The notes below the pieces were generated by a model. It did no database searches and was not told the origin of the DNA. It saw nothing but the letters and a program-made list of their open reading frames with translations. A stretch of DNA of 64,000 bases from Macrostomum lignano (lineage: Eukaryota), in assembly GCA_002269645.1 (NCBI GenBank), contig NIVC01001483.1:216863-280862 (forward strand). The letters are read 5' to 3'. Shown in pieces: positions 11,189-24,300 of this stretch (position 1 is its first letter; each line of letters begins with the position of its first letter). The position numbers and the translations under genes were made by a program.

Positions 11189-14100
11189 TCAGTGCCGACC
11201 AGAAGCGGCTGCAGACTGGCTGCTTCCGGTTTTGGTGCTATTTTTAGCAGCAAATTCGGCCATTCTCCGCTCCAGTTCCGGCCGGAAGTGCCGGATGAGG
11301 CCCTGGGCTGGCCAAGCGGCTCCGTCGCCGAGGGCGCAGATTGTGTGGCCTTCAATCTGCTTGGACACCTCCCACAGCAGGTCGATCTCCTCCGGGCGGG
11401 CGTCCCCGGTGACAAAGCGATTGGTTAATCGCATCATCCAGCCGGTGCCCTCCCGGCAGGGTGTGCATTGGCCGCAGCTCTCGTGCTTGTAGAAGTCCAT
11501 CAGGCGGGCGATGCATTTCACAACATCAGCCTGCTTGTTCATCACGATTAGGGCGGCTGTGCCTGCGGGGGGGGGGCAGTTCACGTTGGTTAGGATTAGG
11601 GATAACTAGCAATCTACGCCCCCCGTTGGGGAGCCAAAGAAATGCAATACACGTTTTTTTAATAAGCTACATGTATCCTTGAAATCTTAAAAAATCTCCT
11701 GTCAAACCTTGTAAGCCTTGAATGTCAGTAATTCCCCCCACAAGCTTTAACATATCAACTCCCCCCCCCCTGACATCTCAGCAATGCCCCCAATAAGCCT
11801 TGAAAATCTAAAAATATCTGTCAACCTTCTAACCCTAATCCAAACCTAACCCTAACCCTAACCCTAGCCTAACCCTAACCCTAACCCTAACCCTAACCCT
11901 AACCCTAACCCTAACCCTAACCTAACCCTAAAGCATTGAAATTTCAGTAATTCTCTCTAAGAGTCATTATAGCACTACTACAGCATAGTACTACTACATA
12001 CTACTACACTAATCATCATAGTACTAATGAGTACATAGTACTACATAGTACTACTACACAATGATGATTAGTGACGATTCTTAGGGTGGATTAGTGACGA
12101 TTCTTAGGGTGGATTAGTGACGATTCTTAGGGTGGATTAGTGACGATTCTTATGGTGGATTAGTGACGATTCTTAGGGTGGATTAGTGACGATTCTTAGG
12201 GTGGATTAGTGACGATTCTTATGGTGGATTAGTGACGATTCTTATGGTGGATTAGTGACGATTCTTATGGTGGATTAGTGACGATTCTTAGGGTGGATTA
12301 GTGACGATTCTTATGGTGGATTAGTGACGATTCTTAGGGTGGATTAGTGACGATTCTTATGGTGGATTAGTGACGATTCTTATGGTGGATTAGTGACGAT
12401 TCTTATAAGGGGTGGATTAGTGACGATTCTTATGGTGGATTAGTGACGATTCTTATGGTGGATTAGTGACGATTCTTATAAAAGGCGGATTAACAACAAT
12501 CCCGAGAGGTGGATTAACGACAATCCTGAGAAGCGGATTACGACAATCCTGAGGCGGATTAACGACAATCCTGAGGCGGATTAACGACAATCCTGAGGCG
12601 GATTAACGACAATCCTGAGAGGCGCCTCAAAGACGCACCAATGCACTGAGAACTCACCCAGAGCAGTCTGAGCCTGAACCAGCGAGTCGAAGTCCATCAG
12701 CACAGTGTCGCACACATTCTTAGGAATCAGCGGAGTGGAGCTGCCGCCCGGGATCACGGCCAGCAGGTTGTCCCAGCCGCCAATGACGCCACCGGCGTGC
12801 CGCTCGATCAGCTCCTTCATGGTGATGGACATCTCCTCCTCTACTGTGCAGGGATTGTTGACGTGCCCGGAGATGTTGAACAGTTTCGTGCCGCGGTTGC
12901 GGTCCCGGCCGAAGCTGGCGAACCAGGCGCCCCCGCGTCGGCAGACGGTCGGCGCCGCGGCGATGGTCTCGACGTTGTTCACCGTGGTGGGACAGCCGAA
13001 CACGCCGACATCGGCTGGAAACGGCGGCTTCAGACGCGGCTTGCCGGCTTTGCCTTCCAGAGATTCAATCAGCGAAGTCTCCTCGCCGCAGATGTAGGCG
13101 CCGGCGCCGCGGTGCACGTAGATGTCGTAGTCATAGCCGCTGCCGCAGGCGTTCTTGCCGAGGAAGCCGGCGTCGTAGGCTTCGTTGATGGCGGCCTGGG
13201 GAAAAGGTTGAGACGGAAGGGTTGATCACTCTATCAATTCGTCAATTGATCACTCTATCAATTCGTCTATTAATAAATCTATCAATTCATCTATTTATCA
13301 ATCTATCAATTCATCTATTGATCAATCTATCAATCAATTCGTCTATAAATCAATCTATCAATTCGTCTATTGATCACTCCATCAATTCGTCTATTGATCA
13401 CTCTATCAATTCATCTATTGATCAATCTATCAATCAATTCGTCTATAAATCAATTCATCAATTCGTCTATTGATCACTCCATCAATTCGTCTATTGATCA
13501 CTCTATCAATTCATCTATTGATCAATCTATCAATCAATTCGTCTATAAATCAATTCATCAATTCGTCTATTGATCACTCCATCAATTCGTCAATTGATCA
13601 CTCTATCAATTCGTCTATAAATCAATCTATCAATTCGTCTATTGATCACTCTATCAATTCGTCTATTGATCAATCTATCAATCGATTCGTCTATAAATCA
13701 ATCTATCAATTTGTCTATTGATAAATCTATCAATTCGTCTATTGATCAATCTATCAATTCTTTAGTCGACTGATCAATCTATCAATTCTTTAGTCGACTG
13801 ATCAATCTATCAATTCTTTAGTCGACTGATCAATCTATCAATTCTTTAGTCGACTGATCAATCTATCAATTCTTTAGTCGACTGATCAATCTATCAATTC
13901 TTTAGTCGACTGATCAATCTATCAATTCTTTAGTCGACTGATCAATTCATCAATTCTTTAGTCGATTGATCAATCTATCAATTCTCTAGTCGATTGATCA
14001 ATCTAGACTATCAATTCATCCATTCATCAATCTAACAATTCATCTAATGATCAATCTATCAATTCTCTAGTTGATTGATCAATCTATCAATTTATCTATT

Positions 14101-14685
14101 GATCACTACTAATACAACGGAATCTGTTCCAATCAATTAATTTACTAATATTCTCACCTGCAGAGTGCAGGCCTCCCTATAGAACTCGCCCCGAATGTAG
14201 ATATAAGCCGCCCTGGCTCCCATAGCAACGCCGGAAACGAGGCAGCCCTCAACCAGAGTGTGCGGATCGTGCCGCATGATCTCCCGGTCTTTGCAGGTGC
14301 CAGGCTCTCCTTCATCAGCATTGACAACCAGATACCTGGGCCGGCCATCGTCCGGCTTGTGCATAAACGACCATTTCAAACCGGTTGGAAAGCCGGCTCC
14401 GCCCCGGCCGCGCATGCCGCTAACCTTCATCTCGTTAGTAATCCAGTCCCGGCCCTTCAGCACAATCTCTTTAGTCTTGTACCAGTGCCCGCGAGACATG
14501 GCCGCCTTCAGGCGCCAGTCGTGCCGACCGTACAGATTAGTGAAGATTCGATCCTCGTCTTTCAGCGGACCGAACACCGTCTTCTCTTGCTTTGGTGGCG
14601 GAGGCGGTGCTGCCGCGCCTGCCGACAGCTGACGGAGAGGCAGGCGCATCAACGAAGATGAAGACGCTTGGAAGCTGCGAAGCAT
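11189..14685 (-). CDS. NDUFV1: NADH:ubiquinone oxidoreductase 51-kDa flavoprotein subunit (479 aa). Exons 14685-14158, 13195-12658, 11562-11189
   Basis: [71 protein letters not shown] and [11 protein letters not shown] motifs. GT-AG junctions are phase-consistent (0, 1). The N-terminus resembles a mitochondrial targeting peptide. Confidence 0.97.
11829..11931. repeat. Interstitial telomeric repeat (CCCTAA)n, about 16 units, in NDUFV1 intron 2
   Basis: Near-perfect AACCCT tandem run. Confidence 0.92.
12066..12620. repeat. 23-bp minisatellite (GATTAGTGACGATTCTTAGGGTG), then a 22-bp variant (GGATTAACGACAATCCTGAGGC), in NDUFV1 intron 2
   Basis: Visible tandem arrays. Confidence 0.92.
13222..14110. 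repeat. ATCA/TCAAT-based compound minisatellite filling NDUFV1 intron 1
   Basis: Higher-order ~100-bp repeats (13260-13740) and ~30-bp TCTATCAATTCTTTAGTCGACTGATCAA units (13750-13960). Confidence 0.9.
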
Positions 14686-14754
14686 GTTCTTGCTGTTGAC
14701 TAAAGCACAATTTAACAATTAATTTCTTTTAAATATAGGCGATAACTCGCATAA

Positions 14755-17135
14755 ATGAAGACATTGTCAGGGTGGCGATTCTTCATGGCATTGTCAGGGT
14801 GGCGATTCTTAATGGCATAGTCAGAGGCGATTCTTAATGGCATTGTCAGAAGCGATTCTTAATGGCATTGTCAGGGTGGCGATTCTTCATGGCATTGTCA
14901 GGGTGGCGATTCTTAATGGCATTGTCAGGGTGGCGATTCTTAATGACATTGTCAGGGTGGCGATTCTTAATGGCATTGTCAGAGGCGATTCTTAATGGCA
15001 TTGTCAGGGGGGGGCGATTCTCAATGGCATTGTCAGGGTGGCGATTCTTAATGGCATTGTCAGGGGGGCGATTCTTAATGGCATTGTCAGAGGCGATTCT
15101 TAATGGCATTGTCAGGGGGGGGGGCGATTCTCAATGGCATTGTCAGGGTGGCGATTCTCAATGGCATTGTCAGGGGGGCGATTCTTAATGGCATTGTCAG
15201 GGTGGCGATTCTCAATGGCATTGTCAGGGGGGGGGCGATTCTCAATGGCATTGTCAGGGTGGCGATTCTCAATGGCATTGTCAGGATGGCGATTCTTAAT
15301 GGCATTGTCAGGGGCGATTCTCAATGGCATTGTCAGGGGACGATTCTTAATGGCATTGTCAGGGTGGCGATTCTTAATGGCAGTGTCAGGGGGGCGATTC
15401 TCAATGGCATTGTCAGGGTGGCGATTCTTAATGGCATTGTCAGGGTGGCGATTCTTAATGGCATTGTCAGGGGGGCGATTCTTAATGGCATTGTCAGGGT
15501 GGCGATTCTTAATGGCATTGTCAGGGGGGGCGATTCTCAATGGCATTGTCAGTGTGGCGATTCTCAATGGCATTGTCAGGCTGGCGATTCTTAATGGCAT
15601 TGTCAGGGGGGCAATTCTTAATGGCATTGTCAGGGTGGCGATTCTCAATGGCATTGTCAGGATGGCGATTCTCAATGGCATTGTCAGGATGGCGATTCTC
15701 AATGGCATTGTCAGGATGGCGATTCTCAATGGCATTGTCAGGATGGCGATTCTCAATGGCATTGTCAGGGGGGGGGGGCGATTCTCAATGGCATTGTCAG
15801 GGGGGGGGCGATTCTTAATGGCATTGTCAGGGGGGGGGGGCGATTCTCAATGGCATTGTCAGGGTGGCGATTCTCAATGGCATTGTCAGGGGGGCGATTC
15901 TTAATGGCATTGTCAGGGGGGTGGGGCGATTCTTAATGGCATTGTCAGGGTGGGGATTTTCAATGACATTGTCAGGGTGCCGATTCTCAATGGCATTGTC
16001 AGGGGGGGGGGGGGGCGATTCTCAATGGCATTGTCAGGGTGGCGATTCTTAATGGCATTGTCAGGGGGGCGATTCTTAATGGCATTGTCAGGGGGGTGGG
16101 GCGATTCTTAATGGCATTGTCAGGGTGGGGATTTTCAATGACATTGTCAGGGTGCCGATTCTCAATGGCATTGTCAGGGGGGGGGGCGATTCTCAATGGC
16201 ATTGTCAGGGGGGCGATTCTTAATGGCATTGTCAGGGGGGGGGGCGATTCTTAATGGCATTGTCAGGGGGGGGGCGATTCTCAATGGCATTGTCAGGGTG
16301 GCGATTCTTAATGGCATTGTCAGGGGGGGGGGCGATTCTCAATGGCATTGTCAGGATGGCGATTCTCAATGGCATTGTCAGGATGGCGATTCTCAATGGC
16401 ATTGTCAGGATGGCGATTCTCAATGGCATTGTCAGGGGGGGGCGATTCTCAATGGCATTGTCAGGATGGCGATTCTCAATGGCATTGTCAGGATGGCGAT
16501 TCTCAATGGCATTGTCAGGGGGGGGGGCGATTCTCAATGGCATTGTCAGGATGGCGATTCTCAATGGCATTGTCAGGGGGGGCGATTCTCAATGGCATTG
16601 TCAGGGGGGGGGCGATTCTCAATGGCATTGTCAGGATGGCGATTCTCAATGGCATTGTCAGGGGGGGGCGATTCTCAATGGCATTGTCAGGGGGGGGGGC
16701 GATTCTTAATGGCATTGTCAGGGTGGCGATTCTTAATGGCATTGTCAGGGTGGCGATTCTTAATGGCATTGTCAGGGTGGCGATTCTTAATGGCATTGTC
16801 AGGGGGGGGGGCGATTCTTAATGGCATTGTCAGGGTGGGGATTTTCAATGACATTGTCAGGGTGCCGATTCTCAATGGCATTGTCAGGGGGCGATTCTCA
16901 ATGGCATTGTCAGGGTGGCGATTCTTAATGGCATTGTCAGGGTGGGGATTTTCAATGACATTGTCAGGGTGCCGATTCTCAATGGCATTGTCAGGGGGCG
17001 ATTCTCAATGGCATTGTCAGGGTGGCGATTCTTAATGGCATTGTCAGGGTGGCGATTCTTAATGGCATTGTCAGGGGCGATTCTCAATGGCATTGTCAGG
17101 GGGCGATTCTTTATGGCATTGTCAGGGGCGATTCC
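14755..17135. repeat. ~27-bp minisatellite GGCGATTCT(T/C)AATGGCATTGTCAGG(G)n upstream of NDUFV1
   Basis: About 85 tandem units with a variable-length G run; it explains all ORF-track hits in this interval. Confidence 0.97.
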
Positions 17136-18367
17136 TAAATATAGAGCTATTTAGAGACTGTTTTGGGGGCGATTTCACAAGCCGAGGTGTAAACAAATCT
17201 TCAATTAAAAAACAAAAGAAACACGGGAATTTGAAACACAGATTAATAATGAAGGCTAAACTATAAAAGGTCAATAAGGTTGTAAATCATATCTTATCGC
17301 TTTTTTAGCATGAATACACAGCCAAAGGAGTGAATTTACAGATTATATCATATCGTACAGAATTACAGGAATACAGTGAAATTTCCTACTAAAATATAAG
17401 CTAATATTAATTATTTTGATTTGAATTTAAACACGCCATAAAACGCCGGAGATATGGTATGCACTAAGCAAAGTAGATATTTAAAGGTTCTCAAGAAGGT
17501 TTTCAAGAAGCTTCTAATGCTACTACGATATACCCCTAGCAACCTGAAAGTTGATTGAAAGACATTGCACTTTCGTTTTATGGATACTTAAAAAGTAGAA
17601 ATTCTGTAATATTTTACTTATAAAATAAAAAATAATCCTAATTTATTCGTTACACTACTTATAGTAGAAATATAAGAAAAATATTGGGTAATTAATAATA
17701 AAAACAATGCAAATACTTGATACTATCTACTAGTAGTAAAACTATTAGTTCAATGTTATTATATTTTTTACAATTTTTCAGCTGTAGACTTTTGCCTACA
17801 TACCATACCTCCAGCGTTACTTCTTGACAAATCAGAATTAAAAATCGACAATAAAAATGGTAAATATAGTGAGTTATGACATTAAAGTCCAAGCAATTCA
17901 ATCATATCGTAACAGCCTCATTTACGCATGTATATATTGGTAAGAAATATATCAATAAATATGTTTGTATATAATATAATAAAACATGGTCAATAATAAA
18001 ACTATGTAATTAATATTACATACAACGCAATCGGTCCAAGTGGAATGGAAGAGCTTAATTAAAAAAAGGAATTGAAGCATTTTGGATTTGGTAAAAATTC
18101 GATGTAAAAAGGACAGAGCTTTTTTTATAATAACAAACTTGGTCGCGAATGAAACAACAGAAAAAACACGGTTTTACTGAATGAAACAGACAAATACTAC
18201 TTGAAGTAGTGCTTTTTAGAGCCGCGTTGGAAAACACCGTTTCCAATGGTTTGTTAAAACGAAAACAAATTTAAAAAACCAGTAAACTTAAAAACACAAA
18301 AAATGTTCCTGGAAGACACGTAAACACTGTAAAGGCTCATTCGCCTAAATATAACATCATAGTTGCC

Positions 18368-21300
18368 TCAGATCACTAAATAGTTGAGCATCTTCTGCGG
18401 ATCCAAAGCCTCGTAGATGTAAAGTGGATCTCGATGACCGTTGCGTGATTTAACTGTAGCGCTGGCCCTGGCCAATTCGTCTTTGAATCTGGAAAAAAAA
18501 TCGGAGTAATATTGTTTTCATCTACTGTAAGTAGAAATATAAGTAAAAAGCAACTATAAAAATTCCAGACAGAAAATTTTACTTTTAACATTGTTTTCAT
18601 CTACTGTAAGTAGAAATATAAGTAAAAAGCAGCTATAAAAATTCCAGACAGAAAATTTTACTTTTAACATTGTTTTCATCTACTGTAAGTAGAAATATAA
18701 GTAAAAAGAGGCGAAACTCTTACTCTTGCAGGATTTGCATCGAGGCCTGATCGTGGCTATATTGTAGCTCGTATTCGCCAAGCGGCTGTTCGCCTTTCTG
18801 TCGCTGGCAAAGACGGAACGATAGCACGGTGTCGATGAACTCGCGACGGCAGGGTAGCGATTGCAGACTGGCCTCAAGAGGCTGCTCTTCCTTTAGGTGG
18901 TAAAGCAGCATTGGAGTATTGAAGTATATGTTAGTTTAGTGGTAGTTCAGGAGTGATTGTAAGGGTAGTTCAGGGGTGATTGTAAAGGTAGTTCAGGGTG
19001 ATTGTAAGGGTAGTTCAGGGGTGATTGTAAGGGTAGTTCAGGAGTGATCGTGGGGGTAGTTCAGGGGTGATTGTAAGGGTAGTTCAGGGGTGATTGTAAG
19101 GGTAGTTCAGGGGTGATTGTAAGGGTAGTTCAGGAGTGATCGTGGGGGTAGTTCAGGGGTGATTGTAAGGGTAGTTCAGGAGTGATCGTGGGGGTAGTTC
19201 AGGGGTGATTGTAAAGGTAGTTCAGGGTGATTGTAAGGGTAGTTCAGGGGTGATTGTAAGGGTAGTTCAGGAGTGATCGTGGGGGTAGTTCAGGGGTGAT
19301 TGTAAAGGTAGTTCAGGGGTGATTGTAAGGGTAGTTCAGGGGTGATTGTAAGGGTAGTTCAGGGATGATTGTAAGTGTAGTTCAGGGGTGACTGTAAAGG
19401 TAGTTCAGGGTGATTGTAAGGGTAGTTCAGGAGTGATCGTGGGGGTAGTTCAGGGGTGATTGTAAGGGTAGTTCAGGAGTGATTGTAAGAATAGTTCAGG
19501 CGGATTTTGAGAGTAGTTCAGGAGTGATTGTAAGGGTAGTTCAGGAGTGATTGTAAGGGAAGTTCAGGGTTACAGCAATACAGCAAGGGTAGTTCAGGGG
19601 TGATTGTATGGGTAGTTCAGGAGTGATTGTAAGGGTAGTTCAGGGATGATTGTAAGGGTAGTTCAGGGGTGATTGTAAGGGTAGTTCAGGGATGATTGTA
19701 AGGGTAGTTCAGGGGTGATTGTAAGGGTAGTTCAGGGATGATTGTAAGGGTAGTTCAGGAGTGATTGTAAGGGAAGCTCAGGGTTACAGCAATACAGCAA
19801 GGGTAGTTCAGGGGTGATTGTATGGGTAGTTCAGGAGTGATTGTAAGGGTAGTTCAGGGGTGATTGTATGGGTAGTTCAGGAGTGATTGTAAGGGTAGTT
19901 CAGGGATGATTGTAAGGGTAGTTCAGGGGTGATTGTAAGGGTAGTTCAGGGATGATTGTAAGGGTAGTTCAGGGGTGATTGTAAGGGTAGTTCAGGGATG
20001 ATTGTAAGGGTAGTTCAGGAGTGATTGTAAGGGAAGCTCAGGGTTACAGCAATACAGCAAGGGTAGTTCAGGGGTGATTGTATGGGTAGTTCAGGAGTGA
20101 TTGTAAGGGTAGTTCAGGGGTGATTGTATGGGTAGTTCAGGAGTGATTGTAAGGGTAGTTCAGGAGTGATTGTATGGGTAGTTCAGGCGGATTTTAAGAG
20201 TAGTTCAGGGGCTATTATCTAGGACATTAGGTAAGGACAATTACTATATTATAGAGTTACAAATTCAGTGATTAGATTAATTGAAGATAGTTTCAACCCG
20301 ACTGTGATAGCAGATGATGAATGTATTGGGGAATTTCTAAAAACTCTCTAAGCATACTATAGCACATGTACAAACGCAAACCTGCGGATCCTGAGGCAGG
20401 CAGCCGTGCAGAGCCAGAGGATAGTTAGGCGGGAAGCCGTACTCATCGAACTGGGGCTGCCAGGCAGCAGAGCCGTGCACACAGATCATGTACATCAGAT
20501 TAGTGAGCAGCGGGATCAGCTCGTCAACGTGCTGAATGCCGGATTTGCCAGGCAAGCCTTTCAATCCGAGGCCGCCCTTCTCCAACGGGTTGGTCATCTC
20601 CGCCCACCAGCCCTGCAGCTCGATGTCCTCCATCAGCTTGCGCTTCATCGCCTCCATGGGATTGGCGTAGTACAGACGGGCCGCCTTGTCGCAGTGGCCA
20701 GCGATGGCCTTGTAGATCAGCATGGCGTCCTCACTGCGGGAAGGGGAGTTCCGTGATGAGACTGATGATCTTGGGGGGAGGGGGGGCTGCCAAGCAACTG
20801 AATATTTGGGAGGCTGGCTTAGCAACTGAGGATCTGGGAGGCTGGCCCAGCAACTGAATATTTGGGAGGCTGGCCCAGCAACTGAGGATCTGAGAGGCTG
20901 GCCCAGCAACTGAGGATCTGAGAGGCTGGCCCAGCAACTGGATATTTGGGAGGCTGGCCCAGCAACTGCGGATCTGGGAGGCTGGCAAAGCAACTGAATA
21001 TTTGGGAGGCTGGCCAAGCAACTGCGGATCTGGGAGGCTGGCCCAGCAACTGAGGATCTGGGAGGCTGGCAAAGCAACTGAATATTTGGGAGGCTGGCCC
21101 AGCAACTGAATATTTGGGAGGCTGGCTCAGCAACTGAATATTTGGGAGGCTGGCCCAGCAACTGCGGATCTGGGAGACTGGCCCAGCAACTGAAGATCTG
21201 GGAGGCTGGCCCAGCAACTGAGGATCTGGGAGGCTGGCCCAGCAACTGAGGATCTGGGAGGCTGGCCCAGCAACTGAGGATCTGGGAGACTGGCCCAGCA

Positions 21301-24300
21301 ACTGAGGATCTGAGAGGCTGGCCCAGCAACTGAGGATCTGAGAGGCTGGCCCAGCAACTGGATATTTGGGAGGCTGGCCCAGCAACTGCGGATCTGGTAG
21401 GCTGGTCCAGCAACTGAATATTTGGGAGGCTGGCCCAGCAACTGAGGATCTGGGAGGCGGGAACAACTATCAGTTACGATATTACAGGTTTGTCAACAAA
21501 AGTTATATGTTATAGCTAAAAAGTGAGCCTTGCACTCACCGATAAGGGTAACCGGGCAGCACATTTGAGTCGTACACGCCGCGGTTCTCCAGCTCTCTGT
21601 AGATGTTAATCTGCTGATCAAATCGCCAGGCTTTAAAAGCCTTCTTCAACAGCTGCCGGATGCCCTTCCTAGACAGCTGAATGTTCTGAGCAATCCAGCC
21701 GCTATCGCTGAAGAACCACTCCTTCAGCTTGGCATTGACAGCCAGCAGGTGACGGAAGTGCGGAGCTAGCATCTGGTAGAGCGGATGCGACTGCGACAGA
21801 TTCTTGCGCATAGTAACGTAGATACCCTCAAGGATGAGGTGATGCAGCAGGCGGTTAGCAACCAGGTGATAGCAGGCATCCGTGAGGTTAAACCATAGCT
21901 TAGCCTGCAGCCAGGCGTGAGGACTATCGCTAGGCATGATCGGCGCGCCCTCCTCCATGCGCTGGTTGAGCTGAATTGCCAGGGGAACCAGCTGCAATCG
22001 TTCGGTCCAGAAGAACAGAGCAATTGGAGAGCAGAACTGCCTGCCATTCTTGCACTCGACTCCCTCCATGATGCTGTAGTCAACTATAAACAGGCGCCTG
22101 GCGTCCAGGATGTGCTGCAGAGTCCAGCCTTCCAAATAGGGCTTCAACCATTCAACGGCTACGCCGAAATTATCCGGGATAGATTTGCAGACTTTGATTA
22201 CGAACGGATTGCAGCCTTTGAGGCGTTGGGCACCGAACACGAGGTCGTGCTCAGGGCCGCTAGGATTGGCTGGCCAGCGCTGCACAGACAGCGGCTCCGT
22301 GATGCTGTGCGCCCGGTAGTAAGTGGTCAGATCGTCAAAGCTGGTGAAGTGATCCACGCTGGCATAGTCCACGTCCAGGCCTTTGTTGTAGATGATCTCG
22401 TCCTTGGTCTTCTCGATGTTCCAGCGGGTGTCCTAGGAGAGATTTTGGGCGATTCTGTCAGGGTAAGATTCTGGGCGATTCTCTCAGGGTGAGATCTAGG
22501 GCGATTCTCTCACGGTGAGATCTAGGGCGATTCTCTCAGGGTGAGATCTAGGGCGATTCTCTCACGGTGAGATCTAGGGCGATTCTCTCACGGTGAGATC
22601 TAGGGCGATTCTCTCACGGTGAGATCTAGGGCGATTCTCTCAGGGTGAGATCTAGGGCGATTCTCTCACGGTGAGATCTAGGGCGATTCTCTCACGGTGA
22701 GATCTAGGGCGATTCTCTCACGGTGAGATCCAGGGCGATTCTCTCACGGTGAGATCCAGGGCGATTCTCTCACGGTGAGATCTAGGGCGATTCTCTCACG
22801 GTGAGATTCAGGGCGATTCTTTCAGGGTGAGATTATGGGCGATTCTCTCAGGGTGAGATCCAGGGCGATTCTCTCACGGTGAGATCCAGGGCGATTCTCT
22901 CAGGGTGAGATTAGTATGGGCGATTCTCTCAGTGACAGGGTCCAGGGCGATCCAGGGCGATTCTCTCAGTGACAGGGTCCAGGGCGATCCAGGGCGATTC
23001 TCTCAGGCTGAGATTATGGCAATTCTCTCAGGGTGAGATTAGTATGGGCGATTCTCTCAGGGTGAGACAATGAGCGATTCACCTAAAATGAGATTAATGC
23101 GATTTCTCAAGGTGAGATCATAGGCGATTTTTAAAGACATTCTATTCTCTGGGGTAGAAAATGAGCAGTTTCTCAGGAAAGTATAATTGCAATACGGGAA
23201 TCTTACAAACTGAGAATATAAATAGGCATTTACACTAAATTAAACTGTTACCAACCTGGGAGAAAATTTCTTCGGCTGGCAAAGCCTGCAATTCCAGCGG
23301 CAGTCCGTTGGCCCGCTGATAGAACAGGAGATTGTTTCTGCGCTCGGATATCTCAGCGATGCGCTCGTCCGGCATGGGGTCGGCGGAAGGCAGCGACACC
23401 TGCGAGTGGTGCAGTGCATGCGTGCGTTTGAAATAATCAAGGGAGCTTTGAGCTTGAAGGGCGACTCTGAAGGGAGCTTTGAAGGGCGATTCTGAATGGA
23501 GATTCTGAAGGGAGCTCTGAAGGGCGATTCTGAAGGGAGCTCTGAAGGGCGATTCTGAAAGGAGCTTTGAAAGGCAATTCTGAAGGACGATTCTGAAAGG
23601 AGCTCTGAAGGGCGATTCTGAAGGACGATTCTGAAAGGAGCTCTGAAGGGCGATTCTGAAGGGAGCTTTGAAAGGCAATTCTGAAGGACGATTCTGAAGG
23701 GAGCTCTGAAGGGCGATTCTGAAAGGAGCTTTGAAGGGCAATTCTGAAGGGAGCTCTGAAGGGCGATTCTGAAAGGAGCTTTGAAAGGCAATTCTGAAGG
23801 ACGATTCTGAAAGGAGCTCTGAAGGGCGATTCTGAAGGGAGCTTTGAAAGGCAATTCTGAAGGACGATTCTGAAGGGAGCTCTGAAGGGCGATTCTGAAA
23901 GGAGCTTTGAAGGGCAATTCTGAAGGGAGCTCTGAAGGGCGATTCTGAAGGACGATTCTGAAGGGAGCTCTGAATGGTAATTCTAAAGCCGATAAAACGA
24001 CATGAAACCTGACAGTTGGAAATGCTTGCTGACTTACCTGACAGTCAAATGAATAATAGTGCCTATCGGGATGAATCCATCTGTGCACAGGAAAGTACGA
24101 ATAGAGCCACTTTCCGCCCAGGCCTTTGCGCCTGTCCCTAATAATAACCTTCTCGCAAAACCAATCATAATTAACATGTTCTACTCCAGGTTCCACTGAA
24201 CGCCAGAATTCAATTTTTTGCACCTTGCCAAAACCCTTCTTGCACCAGCTGGCCAGCGGTATGGTGAATTTGTCCCTAATACTGCCGTCCTCCTCTTGGA

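Noticed and set aside
11829-12480. Ancient telomere-telomere fusion site
   Set aside because: A fusion would read (TTAGGG)n then (CCCTAA)n. Here the order is reversed, and the TTAGGG side is only a motif within a 23-bp unit.
14846-17154. Many overlapping ORFs (MALSGWRF..., MPLRIA...)
   Set aside because: Translations of a 27-bp minisatellite.
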